From Rhynchopus sp. YZ270_cl-10 (taxonomy: Eukaryota), in NCBI GenBank assembly GCA_964035575.1, contig OZ037834.1, positions 1,054,001 through 1,118,000 on the forward strand: a stretch of DNA of 64,000 bases. The letters run 5' to 3'. The notes below the pieces were generated by a model. The model did not search any database. It was not told where the DNA came from and saw only the letters and a program-made list of their open reading frames with translations. The position numbers and the translations under genes are program-made. Position 1 is the stretch's first letter, and each line of letters opens with the position of its first letter. Of this stretch, positions 44,383-55,495 are shown piece by piece.

Positions 44383-46785
44383 TCACAATCCTCCCTTGTG
44401 GAAGTATCTGTAGTACACCTGCTCGTACTCACGGAAGAATCCGAGCATGCACCACGGCTGTGTCTCCGAGTTTGTCTCTCCACTTCTGAACGATGTGACA
44501 AACTCCTTGTACGGAATCGCGTCGGTCTCCTTCGTACGGTCTCTGATCGAAGCGACAAGTGCAAGCATTGCGTTCGCCTTGACAATCTCGAGCTTGTTCT
44601 CTGTGACACTGTTGAAAGACACATCGTCCTGGTGGTTCATGACCTCCTGCATCAGGTTGACAACACGCAGGAAGATCGATGACTTGAAGTTCCACAACAC
44701 ACCGTCGCCGTTGGCAGGGTCCTTCACGATGGTCACCACCTCGAGCAGACTGGCCTGCTCGCTCACAACGTTCATCGTCACAGGCGAGGAAAGGGAGAGG
44801 ATACCGTCCTCCAGCCACGTCATCAGGGTTTCCTTCTCTTTGCTGATCTCAAGGTGCTCGTATGCAACAATGAGGTACGACAGAGCAAGCAGCGCAGCAC
44901 TGTGGCAGTCAAGGAAGACCCTCCCGTCAGCGTAGCAGTTGAAGGCTCCCTTCTTGTTCTCCTTTGTAGTTGTGACTCTCAGGATGTCCATAATTTCAAT
45001 CGAGTTCTCAATGTACCCGTGCATCTTCTTGTTCAGCTTCTTGTCCTCCTTGTTGATGACCAACATCTTCACGTTCGCAATAAGTGCGTAGGCGTGTCCA
45101 CGGAGGAAGATTTGCTCGCAACTCTTGTCCACTTGTCCGTCAAGTGTGAGCACGAAGTTCTCCATGTAAACGTCAAGATGCTTGAGCAGCCACTGGTTCA
45201 GCACCTCTCCCTTCTCAACCAACTCCACCTTCTCTTCGCTGGGAAGATCGTAGTGGCCACCCTTCAGGAAGTACGTGAAGGACGCAACACTCGACAGCTC
45301 TGCACCGTAGTCGTAGGAGATCGAGAAGTCGGTCAGCTCCTTGCGCGACTCGATCGTGCTGAACAGCTCTTCGTACGGCATCGTCCTGTGCAGTCCTCCT
45401 GAGGTCAGGAGAGAGTGGTCCTGCGCGGTGAGTGTCTCGCCCTGCTGCAGGGTCTTGCCTCCGTACTGCATCTCGATGTTGTTGACACGATCACCCTCTG
45501 TCACGAAGGTGACCTTTGTCAACTGCCTGTCACGAATGAGGATGTGGAAAGCGTACGAGTAGCCCATCGGGCCTGTGCTGTACACACTGAACCAGTCAAG
45601 GTCTTTGACAGGGAGCGACTGAACCTCATGTCCAAGATACTGCACAACTGCAACTGAAGCGTGCTTGACGGCAACTCTGGTGAACGCCACACGGGGGAAG
45701 GCCTTCTTGAAACTGATGCGGACGTTCTGTGCTGGCTTCTCCTGAAGGTTCTTGGCACGTCCGTGCTGGCGGATGACGGTGGTGTCTTCGCGGACGTGGT
45801 ACTCGACATATGCCTCAACAAGGTCCTCGCACACAACAGTGAAACGCGCAACAACAACGTCACTACGCTTCTCCACCACTCTCTTGTACTGGTCCAGGCC
45901 ATAGTCACGAGTGCTGTACTCCGTACCGTCGATGGTGAACTCAAGAACGAACCCAGCAAATGAGTGGAGCACCTCCTCGTCACGTCCGTCGTGGAAACGG
46001 TATCCAGTTGAGAGCTGGTTGCGGTTCAGGTTCCCGTAATGGTCCATGATTCCGTTGTTTGCACCGAAGGCTTCGTGGTCCTTGCTCTTCAACTCAACCA
46101 GGTTCATCGACTGTCTACGGAACATAAGACCCTCCTTGCTCATGTACATCATGAATTCAGCGATTTCGTGTGCCTGCTTCTTGTACCTTTCGTAAACACC
46201 GGGAACAGTGAACACCTCCAGCACCTTTGCGTTGTCGTCAATCCACCACCACCTGTCACCTCCCATGTCCTCCTCAGTCTCCTTCGATGCGTAGTGCTTA
46301 CCTGTTTTCTGCATCAGCTTGTCCATGATGTGGTTCAGGTACGGCTGAACACGTTTGAAACTGATGCCCTTCGGCTTGCGGGGAGCCAGAGCAGGACATT
46401 CGGGGCACGTCTTGCTGGGACAGTCGCCGCAATCGCACACCTTCTCAGGGCAGGTCTTCTCAGGGCAGGTCTTCTCAGGACAGATCTTCTCCGGGCACGT
46501 GGGACAGATCTTGTCGGGGCAGTCCTTCTCAGGGCAGGTCTTCTCAGGACAGAACTTCTCGGGACAGTCTCTCTCCTGGCACACGGGGCACTGGGGACAG
46601 TGGCATTCCTTCTGGACAGCGTCTGGGCAGGGCGCTGGCACGTAGAAATGCTTTTCCACGACATTTGGTGGTGCGGCCACAGCGTCTTTTTGTACGTAGT
46701 CAGGAAGCTTTTGGCTGACTAAGACGATGACTAGTACTGTTACTGAGAACAACAGCATTAAGCGTTGTGGTGAAAACGGGCTCAT
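44383..46785 (-). CDS. Uncharacterised type II membrane protein, paralog 3 (800 aa)
   Basis: First ATG 46785 (MSPFSPQRL); nearly identical to paralog 4. Confidence 0.92.
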   Translation of the reverse strand: MSPFSPQRLMLLFSVTVLVIVLVSQKLPDYVQKDAVAAPPNVVEKHFYVPAPCPDAVQKECHCPQCPVCQERDCPEKFCPEKTCPEKDCPDKICPTCPEKICPEKTCPEKTCPEKVCDCGDCPSKTCPECPALAPRKPKGISFKRVQPYLNHIMDKLMQKTGKHYASKETEEDMGGDRWWWIDDNAKVLEVFTVPGVYERYKKQAHEIAEFMMYMSKEGLMFRRQSMNLVELKSKDHEAFGANNGIMDHYGNLNRNQLSTGYRFHDGRDEEVLHSFAGFVLEFTIDGTEYSTRDYGLDQYKRVVEKRSDVVVARFTVVCEDLVEAYVEYHVREDTTVIRQHGRAKNLQEKPAQNVRISFKKAFPRVAFTRVAVKHASVAVVQYLGHEVQSLPVKDLDWFSVYSTGPMGYSYAFHILIRDRQLTKVTFVTEGDRVNNIEMQYGGKTLQQGETLTAQDHSLLTSGGLHRTMPYEELFSTIESRKELTDFSISYDYGAELSSVASFTYFLKGGHYDLPSEEKVELVEKGEVLNQWLLKHLDVYMENFVLTLDGQVDKSCEQIFLRGHAYALIANVKMLVINKEDKKLNKKMHGYIENSIEIMDILRVTTTKENKKGAFNCYADGRVFLDCHSAALLALSYLIVAYEHLEISKEKETLMTWLEDGILSLSSPVTMNVVSEQASLLEVVTIVKDPANGDGVLWNFKSSIFLRVVNLMQEVMNHQDDVSFNSVTENKLEIVKANAMLALVASIRDRTKETDAIPYKEFVTSFRSGETNSETQPWCMLGFFREYEQVYYRYFHKGGL

Positions 46786-46821
46786 TGTAGAGCAGTCAGA
46801 CTCAGTTGGTAATACAAAATC

Positions 46822-46852
46822 CTGTGTGGTGTGGTGTTGTCGGGTGGGGGTG
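46822..46852 (-). promoter_or_regulatory. Putative CA-rich splice acceptor upstream of paralog 3
   Basis: ...ACAACACCACACCACACAG 36 nt before the ATG; equivalents at 30323, 41613, 57935, 63247. Confidence 0.45.
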
Positions 46853-47633
46853 ACATTACGGTAGGTAATTTTTCTCCTCACCAGTGTGCGTAACTGCGTT
46901 TCCGAGCTCTGCGGAATAAAATGCAAGAAAAATAGTTGGTGGACACAGTTGAACCCAACTGAAAGGCGGCCACCAAGTTTGTCGCATTTCGTGACAGCGA
47001 CTGGCTGCAAGCCTGGCTACAAACCCCTCTAGGACGCAGGCACTGACACTCTGCGGGTTATTGAACCCCGGAGCGTTGCCCTTGGGAGTTGCTGACAGGA
47101 GAACTGTACGCAGGCACACTGTCATTTCCCCATTCTGACTGGGAAGAGGTGATTATATGATTCAAAGATTGGATTTCCTTTTTTATTCCCTGTTTTCCCT
47201 TGTTTTTATAAGTACGGTAGATATCAAGTCCAGGAGAAAGGGTGCATCACTTTGTTTGAGATTACGACTATCTCAGAACTAAGAATAGGCGTATTTACTC
47301 GCTATTTTTTTTTTTTTTTGTGTCGACAATCGCCGAGTAATCCCACCAGGTGGGAGAACTGTACTCAATGTTGCCTTTCTTTTTCTTTTTTTTTCCTTTT
47401 TTTTTCTTTGCCTGCTAAAAATAGACCTCGCGGCCAGGAAGAGGTATCCCCATAGAAAAACTAATTGCCACGAAAACTACTGTATTTCACTCACCCACAC
47501 AAATGTTGCCCGCTTTATCACGTTGAACCTAGAAGCACAGGTTGGAGACGAATGCATGCTGCATGAAGGGATCACCCCCCCCCCCCCCGGGGCTGTATAT
47601 ATACGTTCCTCGGGCACTTTTTGAACGTATATA

Positions 47634-49371
47634 TCACTCATTCTCCGAAACTGCGTATCACTTGTGACCAACCATGGAGCCAATTTAAAGTGACTATTTT
47701 TTCACTAAAAAAATTCTCCGACCCCGGAATTTTTTCAGATCGCTCCGGAAATGCCATTCCGCGCCTTTTTGCAAAAAAATATTGCACCCTGAGGTCATTA
47801 AAGTGAAGTTATTAATGCAGGCACCTCCGACTGACCCACGTACGATGCCAGCCATCCGGATGAAAGCACAAGTACCCTGCGGCCAACAACAGAAGATGTA
47901 AAAAGGAAACCTAATGACTGGCCCGTACCGTAAGAGAACGAGGGCGGTTCACAACCGCTCGACAGCCGGCGGCCCACCTTCCGTTGAAGAGTTGTGAGCT
48001 TACAGGTACTGCAGTTCGCTGCACCCAACGCTTGATGCACGATAGTCTACACAAGAGAGCAGAAACCCAAAAACACAAAAAGGGGTGGGCGGGGGGGTCA
48101 CAACATCTCTCTCTTGGCGCCCCATGCTGTACCGACAGTTGGGCCTCACCCTTTCTCTTAGGGATATACATGGACGTCCTTACAGGCAGCACACCGTAAC
48201 CCAAAGGCGTGGCAGAGAGACTCCGTAGAGCGACTCTGGCCTGACCGCTGGCCATTTATGCTCCGGGTGCGAGCACCCATCATAGCATAGGGGGGCCAGC
48301 CTGACCCAGCATTTATATACCCTGCCAGGGTGAACTAGCATAAAAGAGGGCAGGGGCGTTTAGACCCTGAGGACTAGGGGAAGTCCCGCATACCCCAACA
48401 GAAAGACAAAGGCTATGCACTGGTGATATAGGAGAGGCAGGGTTGCTGAAAAACAAAAAGACCCTGAAGGCACAAAAACGCCCCGCATACCCCTCCTCGC
48501 CTCCTGTTTTGTAATCTCTCAGGTAGGAGACATCGGTTCGAGCGGTCAACACCTTCATAGAGTTTCTGGAGGAACGGACCCCCGGATGCAATTTAAGGTC
48601 CAGCCCAGGACCATTAAATGTCTGTGTGAGTTGACGGGCGGATCCTACTAATTTCTCGCGCCCCAGAAAAAAAAAATTTTTTTTTATTTTGAAAGATCGG
48701 GTGTGAAAACGTTCAATTCCGGGGTCGGACGATTTTTTTTATGCCTCTCTTCATGTCGCAAAGGATTTTGGGAGAGGGGGACGTTTTCAGGTATTCCCTA
48801 TACTTTCCTAAGAGATCAGGTTAGAAACCCCTTTTTGGGTGGTCTTCGGTGACTTATTCCACTAAAAACGTTTTTATCAAAAGTTGCCGATTTTTTTTTC
48901 TTTGGAATTATTTTCAACAATTCTCTCAATTCTGACGATTTTTTTCCGCCGGAAAAATACTATATGTCAGCCAGGTTTCGGTGGAGCCAACCCCATTTTT
49001 ACACCCAAATTGCACCCGAATTGCCCTATATATGGGTATTATACAATGGAGCCAATTTAATTTAATAGTTTTTTGACTAAAATGCTCGATTTTTTTTTCT
49101 TTGAAAAGTTTGGAGTCCGGAAACACTATTCCGCGTATTTTCAGAAAAAAATATGCATCTGTCCTTTTCTCACCTGTTGCTGAGAGTGGGAGGTAAAAAC
49201 TCTCGCGGTGATTTCAGAAAAAAGATTTTTTTTATTTTTTTGAGATTTTTATTTTTTTTGAAAGCGCGGTTTCGAAACGTTCAATTCCGGGGTCGGACGA
49301 TAAAAAATATGCATCTGGGTCGAGTGAGTGAAAAATCTGAAAAATGATACGCAATTTCGGAGAATGAGTGA
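47634..49371 (+). mobile_element. TA/TATA-flanked MITE copy 1 (interrupted by an ~810-bp insert)
   Basis: TIR TCAC(T/A)CATTCTCCGAAA(C/T)TGCGTATCA; TATA on both sides; colinear with 50551-51472. Confidence 0.85.
47803..48611. mobile_element. ~810-bp insertion flanked by CATTAAA duplication, class unknown
   Basis: Absent from MITE copies 2 and 3 (empty site GAGGTCATTAAACGTCTG); no TIRs or poly(A). Confidence 0.75.
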
Positions 49372-49388
49372 TATACGCTACGTATATA

Positions 49389-50001
49389 TCACACATTCTC
49401 CGAAATTGCGTACACCCATATACAGGGCAATTTGGCTGCAATTTGTGTGTAAAAATGGGGTTGGCTCCACCGAAACCTGGCTGACACATAGTATTTTTCC
49501 GGCGGAAAAAAATCGTCAGAATTGAAAGAATTGTTGAAAATAATTCCAAAGAAAAAAAAATTGGCAACTTTTGATAAAAACGTTTTTAGTGGAATAAGTC
49601 ACCGAAGACCACCCAAAAAGGGGTTTCTAACCTGATCTCTTAGGAAAGTATAGGGAATACCTGAAAACGCCCCTCCCTCCCAAAATCCTTTGCGACATGA
49701 AGAGAGGCATAAAAAAAATCGTCCGACCCCGGAATTGAACGTTTTCACACCCGATCTTTCAAAATAAAAATAAAAATATTTTTTTTGGGGCGCGAGAAAT
49801 TAGTAGGATCCACCCGTCAACGCACACAGACGTTTAATGACCTCAGGGTGCAATATTTTTTTGCAAAAAGGCGCGGAATGGCATTTCCGGAGCGATCTGA
49901 AAAAATTCCGGGGTCGGAGAATTTTTTTAGTGGAAAAATAGTCACTTTAAATTGGCTCCATGGTTGGTCACAAGTGATACGCAGTTTCGGAGAATGTGTG
50001 A
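49389..50001 (-). mobile_element. TA/TATA-flanked MITE copy 2 (inverted, internally deleted)
   Basis: Reverse complement of 50551-~51140 joined to a partial TIR. Confidence 0.85.
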
Positions 50002-50039
50002 TATACGTTCAAATATACGTTATACGCTATCTATACGTT

Positions 50040-50480
50040 GCACCCATTTCCTACAGCAAAAAAGCGGTGGTGCTCGTCATCGAGCAAACCCCCCGAGACT
50101 TTGTCCCGTCGGGGCACCTTGTACTCCGCCTGCGGCGGCAACCGACGCACGGTGTCGATCATCTCCTGAATCCTCTCAGAAGAGGAGGTGTTCAGGGTTG
50201 TCCTGTGTAGAACAACCATGAGGCAATCGCGCGGTCAGCTTCGCGGGCACCCATCATTGTTCTCTGCACATGAGCGTCAAGAGGCCCGGTGACAACCTCT
50301 TTTGCCCCCTTTGCGGAGGTCTTCGCCTTCTTCTGGTGCACTGCTGCTCCCCAACTCCTCAAGCCACTATGTGTGTTCCTCTTCCGTTTTTGTGGAGAGA
50401 GGAGGGTGAGACCCGGGCACTTGGAGATGCCGTTCTCGAAGTGCGCTTTATTCCGGGATAACCCCCGTCGCATAGGGGTG
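50040..50480 (-). pseudogene. hAT transposase N-terminal fragment (frameshifted)
   Basis: DRAIASWLFYTGQP / LNTSSSERIQEMIDTV...YKVPRRDKVSGGLLDDEH across a 1-nt frameshift near 50195; resembles the hAT region preceding the DDE domain. Confidence 0.7.
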
Positions 50481-50550
50481 GTACAGTACAACAAAGGGCA
50501 ACGTATAGGTAACGTATATTTAGCTTTTTCCTCCCCCAGCCGAACGTATA

Positions 50551-51472
50551 TCACACATTCTCCGAAACTGCGTATCACTTGTGACCAACCATGGAGCCAA
50601 TTTAAAGTGACTATTTTTCCACTAAAAAAATTCTCCGACCCCGGAATTTTTTCAGATCGCTCCGGAAATGCCATTCCGCGCCTTTTTGCAAAAAAATATT
50701 GCACCCTGAGGTCATTAAACGTCTGTGTGCGTTGACGGGTGGATCCTACTAATTTCTCGCGCCCCAAAAAAAATATTTTTATTTTTATTTTGAAAGATCG
50801 GGTGTGAAAACGTTCAATTCCGGGGTCGGACGATTTTTTTTATGCCTCTCTTCATGTCGCAAAGGATTTTGGGAGGGAGGGGCGTTTTCAGGTATTCCCT
50901 GTACTTTCCTAAGAGATCAGGTTAGAAACCCCTTTTTGGGTGGTCTTCGGTGACTTATTCCACTAAAAACGTTTTTATCAAAAGTTGCCAATTTTTTTTT
51001 CTTTGGAATTATTTTCAACAATTCTTTCAATTCTGACGATTTTTTTCCGCCGGAAAAATACTATGTGTCAGCCAGGTTTCGGTGGAGCCAACCCCATTTT
51101 TACACACAAATTGCAGCCAAATTGCCCTGTATATGGGTGTTCTACAATGGAGCCAATCCAATTTAATAGTTTTTTGACTAAATTGCTCGATTTTTTTTTC
51201 TTTGAAAAGTTTGGAGTCCGGAAACACCATTCCGCGCATTTTCAGACAGAATTATGCATCTGTCCTTTTCTCACCTGTTGCTGAGATTAGGAGGTAAAAA
51301 CTCTCACGGTGATTTCAGAAAAAAGATTTTTTTTATTTTTTTGAGATTTTTATTTCTTTTGAAAGCGCGGTTTCGAAACGTTCAATTCCGGGGTCGGACG
51401 ATAAAAAATATGCATCTGGGCCGAGTGAGTGAAAAATCTGAAAAATGATACGCAATTTCGGAGAATGTGTGA
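50551..51472 (+). mobile_element. TA/TATA-flanked MITE copy 3 (complete, ~920 bp)
   Basis: Both TIRs present, TATA on both sides. Confidence 0.88.
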
Positions 51473-51551
51473 TATATACGTTGGAACGTATTATACGTAT
51501 AATACGTATACTTGCAGCCCCGCCCCCCCCCCCCCCTCCCCCACATGCATA

Positions 51552-51822
51552 CACGACGGGACCCAATGACAAGTGACAAGTGAATCACTTGTCATATTTA
51601 TGACAAGTGAAATGACAAAAAAGTCACTTGTCATGACAAGTGACTTTTTTGTCATTTTACTTGTCATGACAAGTGAATAGCCTATATCCCCATAGAAAAT
51701 CACTTGTCATGACAAGTGGACAAGTGGCTCACTTGTCATTCACTTGTCATTTACTTGTCACCCATTTCACTTGTCATTCACTTGTCATTTTCACTTGTCA
51801 CTTGTCACTGGGTCCCGTCGTG
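51552..51822. mobile_element. TA-flanked MITE built from TGACAAGT motifs (Tc1/mariner-like TSD)
   Basis: TIR CACGACGGGACCCA.TGACAAGTGACAAGTGAA and its reverse complement; TA on both sides. Confidence 0.82.
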
Positions 51823-52522
51823 TACTTGGTTAAGTGGCAACTTTAGTTCGATTCGGGTCATGAAATACAGTGGTTCCCAGCAATAAAATGGCATATTACC
51901 GTGAATATTGGCCAGTATACCACTAACAGGTCGATCCAACATTTTTACGAATACAGTGTAAGGCTTCCTTTTGTTCGATAAATGCACGTCATTTGTGCAC
52001 AACGATGAAAAGCTTTTTTGTATTGTGAAGGAAAAGAGAAGCAAGGAGCATAAAAAATAGTTTTCAGGTGATCGTCACTCGCTGCACCAGGGTCCAAGTG
52101 GCAGACTCCAGGACGGCAAAAGTTAGACAAACACATGTGTGCAGTTGAGAAAAGAGGGTGGGAAATTGTGTCGCCTTTTTTGAGAGAGTTAAAAAAAGGG
52201 TGGTAAGCAAAAAATTGGTTGGTTCTCTCTGTATTGCTTCTTGGATATTTTTTTTTTTTGAAAACTTGGTTGTAGTGCAGCCTCCCTAGAGTGCTCCACT
52301 ACGTTTTTGTTTTTTTTTTTTTTCCCGAAAAAAGTATTTTTTTTTGGTGGTAACTGCAAAAAAAAATAAGGATAAGCAAAATTGCTGTAACCTTCTTGAA
52401 TAGGAGGGGCCGGAGGGGGGAATGGTGTCTTCTTTTTTTTATTTTCTTTTCTTTTCTTTTCTTTTCTTTTTTTTTTGATAAATTGACGACGTGTAGTCAC
52501 CTCGCTTTTTTTTGTGTCCACG

Positions 52523-52557
<35 letters not shown>

Positions 52558-53081
52558 GGGGGGGTGAGAAAAATGTGCCAAGGACCAGGGTTGGAGGTGC
52601 GTACTAAAATCCGGGATTTTGGCCGAAAACCCGTTCTGGGAAGGGGAAAAAAAAAAAGGGATTTGTGGTGTGGCTGACGACCACAAAATAGCAGAAAATA
52701 GCCCAAAAATAGCACCCCACTTCAGCCACACCAATTTGAGATGATTTTTTTTGGGGGAGCCCGGTCTCCCCAAAAACCCCCCAAAACCTGCGGTGACTGT
52801 CCCCACCGATTTTACATCCCATTTTGTGTTTTTGTATTCATCAGAAGATCAAGTAAAAGACCCCGAACCCATCGCGCGAAGCGCAAAAAAAATTTGTTTT
52901 TGCTAAAAAATCCCCAGATCTGGTGTGGCTGTATAGGGCTAGGGTGTATACCCTAGAAGGACCCAAGAAGTACCCAATTTACCCCTAATTTTAAGGGGGG
53001 TGCAAAAATTATTTTGTGTATTTTTTTTTGGTGGTTTTTTGTGGCCAGAAATTTTCCCCCAGAAATTTTTACCCCAAAAAA

Positions 53082-53250
53082 CAGTGACTCCGCTAGGTAC
53101 TAAAGTTCTGTTGATTGGCAACAGAACTTTTTGAAAATGGGGGGAAAAAAAAAAAGTTGCGTACCGTGCGCCTGCGGCGCAAGCATGTACCCCACCACGT
53201 GGATCATCAACAGAACATTTTCAAAATCGGAAATCCTAGCGGAGAGCCTG
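53082..53250. mobile_element. hAT-like MITE, shorter copy of 34698-34994
   Basis: TIR CAGTGACTCCGCTAGG / CCTAGCGGAGAGCCTG; flanks CCAAAAAA / GCAAAAAA (7/8). Confidence 0.8.
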
Positions 53251-54235
53251 GCAAAAAATCAAAAAAATAAAAAAAATATTTCAGTGCTCCGGAGCCTCTG
53301 CGTGCTGTGATGGGGTCACTTTGCGCTCAGAACTGAGTATTTTTGACCTAAAATGCATGTATCAGTTTTTACAGGCCATTTTCAGGTTTTGTGTGTAATT
53401 TATGGTCAGTACTTGACCACTGAGGGTAAAGTGCAAAGTAAACGTGGGGGCAGTTTGCATAGCTGCGAACTTTGCTGCGCGTTGTGACCCCCCACAATTT
53501 GACGGTCGGAGCTCGTAGAACCCAACGAGGAAAAGTAGCATACCGTGCGCCTGCGGCGCAAGCTTTGCAACCCACCCCACCCATGACATAGTTTGGCTGC
53601 AGCAACCTGAACACCTGGTAGTGGTCGTCGCAGGCCACTGTCGTCTCGGACCCCCCCATATTCGACCATCATCCCACGATTTCCCAAAGGGACTGGTGGG
53701 CACTAGGTACTGGGTACTGGGTGCCAACCCCCGGATTTTGAGAAAATTTCCACCACCGAACACGTGGGGCTCTCGGATGTACCAACTTTTTGCGAAAACA
53801 AGGCTACTAACCACAGGGAAAGCTCGGGAAAAAGATCGCATTTTCCTTAAGGAAGTGCCCTAAGGAAAATCACTATACCCTAGAAGGACCCAAGAAGTAC
53901 CCAATTTACACCTAATTTTTAGGAAAATCACACCAAGATCGGGGTTTTTTTTTTCAAAACGCCAATTCTCTCTCCACCCCTGGACACGTGACAAAAAAAT
54001 AAAGAAATGTGATGAAATTTTGAGATTTTTGCTCAGTACATCCTGAGAAAAATCAACTTTTTCACACAAAATAGGAGGGAAATAAAGAGCAAAAAGGACA
54101 AAAAGAGACCACACCGACTCCATTCTCAAAATATTATTTGCAATTGCGTAGCCCTCGTGTCACCAGTAGTTTTACGTGAACTACGCAAGAACTGTTCCCT
54201 ATATTTACCTAATGTACAGAGAGGATGCTCTCAAC

Positions 54236-54267
<32 letters not shown>

Positions 54268-54318
54268 AAAACACACACGACGAATAAAAAAAGAAGTGGG
54301 GTATTTCACTTTTACTTA

Positions 54319-54457
54319 CATCCTCCACCTGATTTTTACCCCGCGTATAGGCGCGTAAAGGCGTGTACGGACGGTCCGTATATGCCTGTACGGACCTATA
54401 CGCGCCTATACACGCCTTTACGCGCCTATACGCGGGGTTAAAATCAGGTGGATCCTG
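54319..54457. mobile_element. Small fold-back MITE, relative of 38926-39039
   Basis: TCCACCTGATTTTTACCCCGCGTATAGGCGCGTAAAGGCGTGTA pairs with its downstream reverse complement. Confidence 0.7.
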
Positions 54458-55495
54458 GATCAGGGTGATAGCGAATTCACAAGCCCCCTGTCGGGGGGAG
54501 GGTATTTTCCCGGTCATTTTCATAACATGCATTTGTTTGTCTCTGTTTAAGGGCCACTGGCCCAGCATTTACATATCAGGGTTCAACTTGAATTTAGCAG
54601 GGCAGGGACGTTTACCTCCCCGAGGACAGATAACAATAGTCTCGCATACCCTCCGACCTACGGGAGGAAATACAGACGACACTTCATCCCGTGAGTGTGG
54701 CAAGGCATTGACCACAAGACCACACGTATGAAGAAAATGAAATTACCTCTTCTCTGTTATATTATTCGTCTTTCAATATTTGTTGATTGTGCCCATCCTT
54801 TTGTAAAACGCACCATCAGCTTTGGTTTCTTATTCTTTTGAAATTCAAAAATCGAAATAAAATGGAAAAAAAACCTTTTCTCAGAGAGAAAGATTTTGTG
54901 TGAGGACAGGATATCTGCTACTGCATTATTTTTTTTGTCTCTTTTTTGTTTTTTTTAAAAAGGAGGGGATCTCAGGGGGGATGTTATGCATTTAATATGC
55001 CACTCAGTATTTAACAAGAACGGCATTTGTAAATTCATACGCTCTATAATGTAGCCAGCACTGTCAAATGCAAGATACACTACAGAAAACCGTCAACGAG
55101 CAATGCAAAAACATAGGGTGGTTCAAACGTGCTGAAACGCAGCTCAGTCGTGCTCGTGCAAAGGGCAAACAAACACGAAACGTAAAAACATTATTATTAG
55201 AAGCACCGCAGCAAAACATGGCTACGCATGCTCAACAACGAAACTTTAAACATGCCACTCACAATTAAGCACATTGCAAACGTGTTGTTGTGTTCCCTAT
55301 AATGTGGCCAGCACCTATAAGGTGCGAGATTCCCAACAGAAAGCAAAAACACGAAAATGCAAAAAAAAAAAAAAAAAAAAAAAAAAGTAATGTACAAAAA
55401 CATGGCTACTCATTCCCAACAACAAAGGGATAGGGCACCAAGAAATCGCGCATATCAAAAAATTCGCAAACCACCTCACTCCGTCACGTATTTCA

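Larger units (their letters stand above)
47588..51522 (-). mobile_element. hAT deletion derivative hosting three MITE insertions
   Basis: TIR CGGGGCTG(T/C)A..TATACGT at both ends, C-runs on both sides, subterminal TATACGT motifs, hAT transposase remnant in the core. Confidence 0.7.

Noticed and set aside
46786..47010. N-terminal extensions of the paralog ORFs (also 30303-30350, 41601-41690, 57899-58123, 63211-63360) and 14689-14856 of the transposase
   Set aside because: Mostly non-ATG starts in the ORF track, not conserved between paralogs, and upstream of likely splice acceptors
47010..47140. HDV-like ribozyme (also considered at ~48540-48611 on the minus strand)
   Set aside because: Only partial pairing; the full nested pseudoknot could not be built
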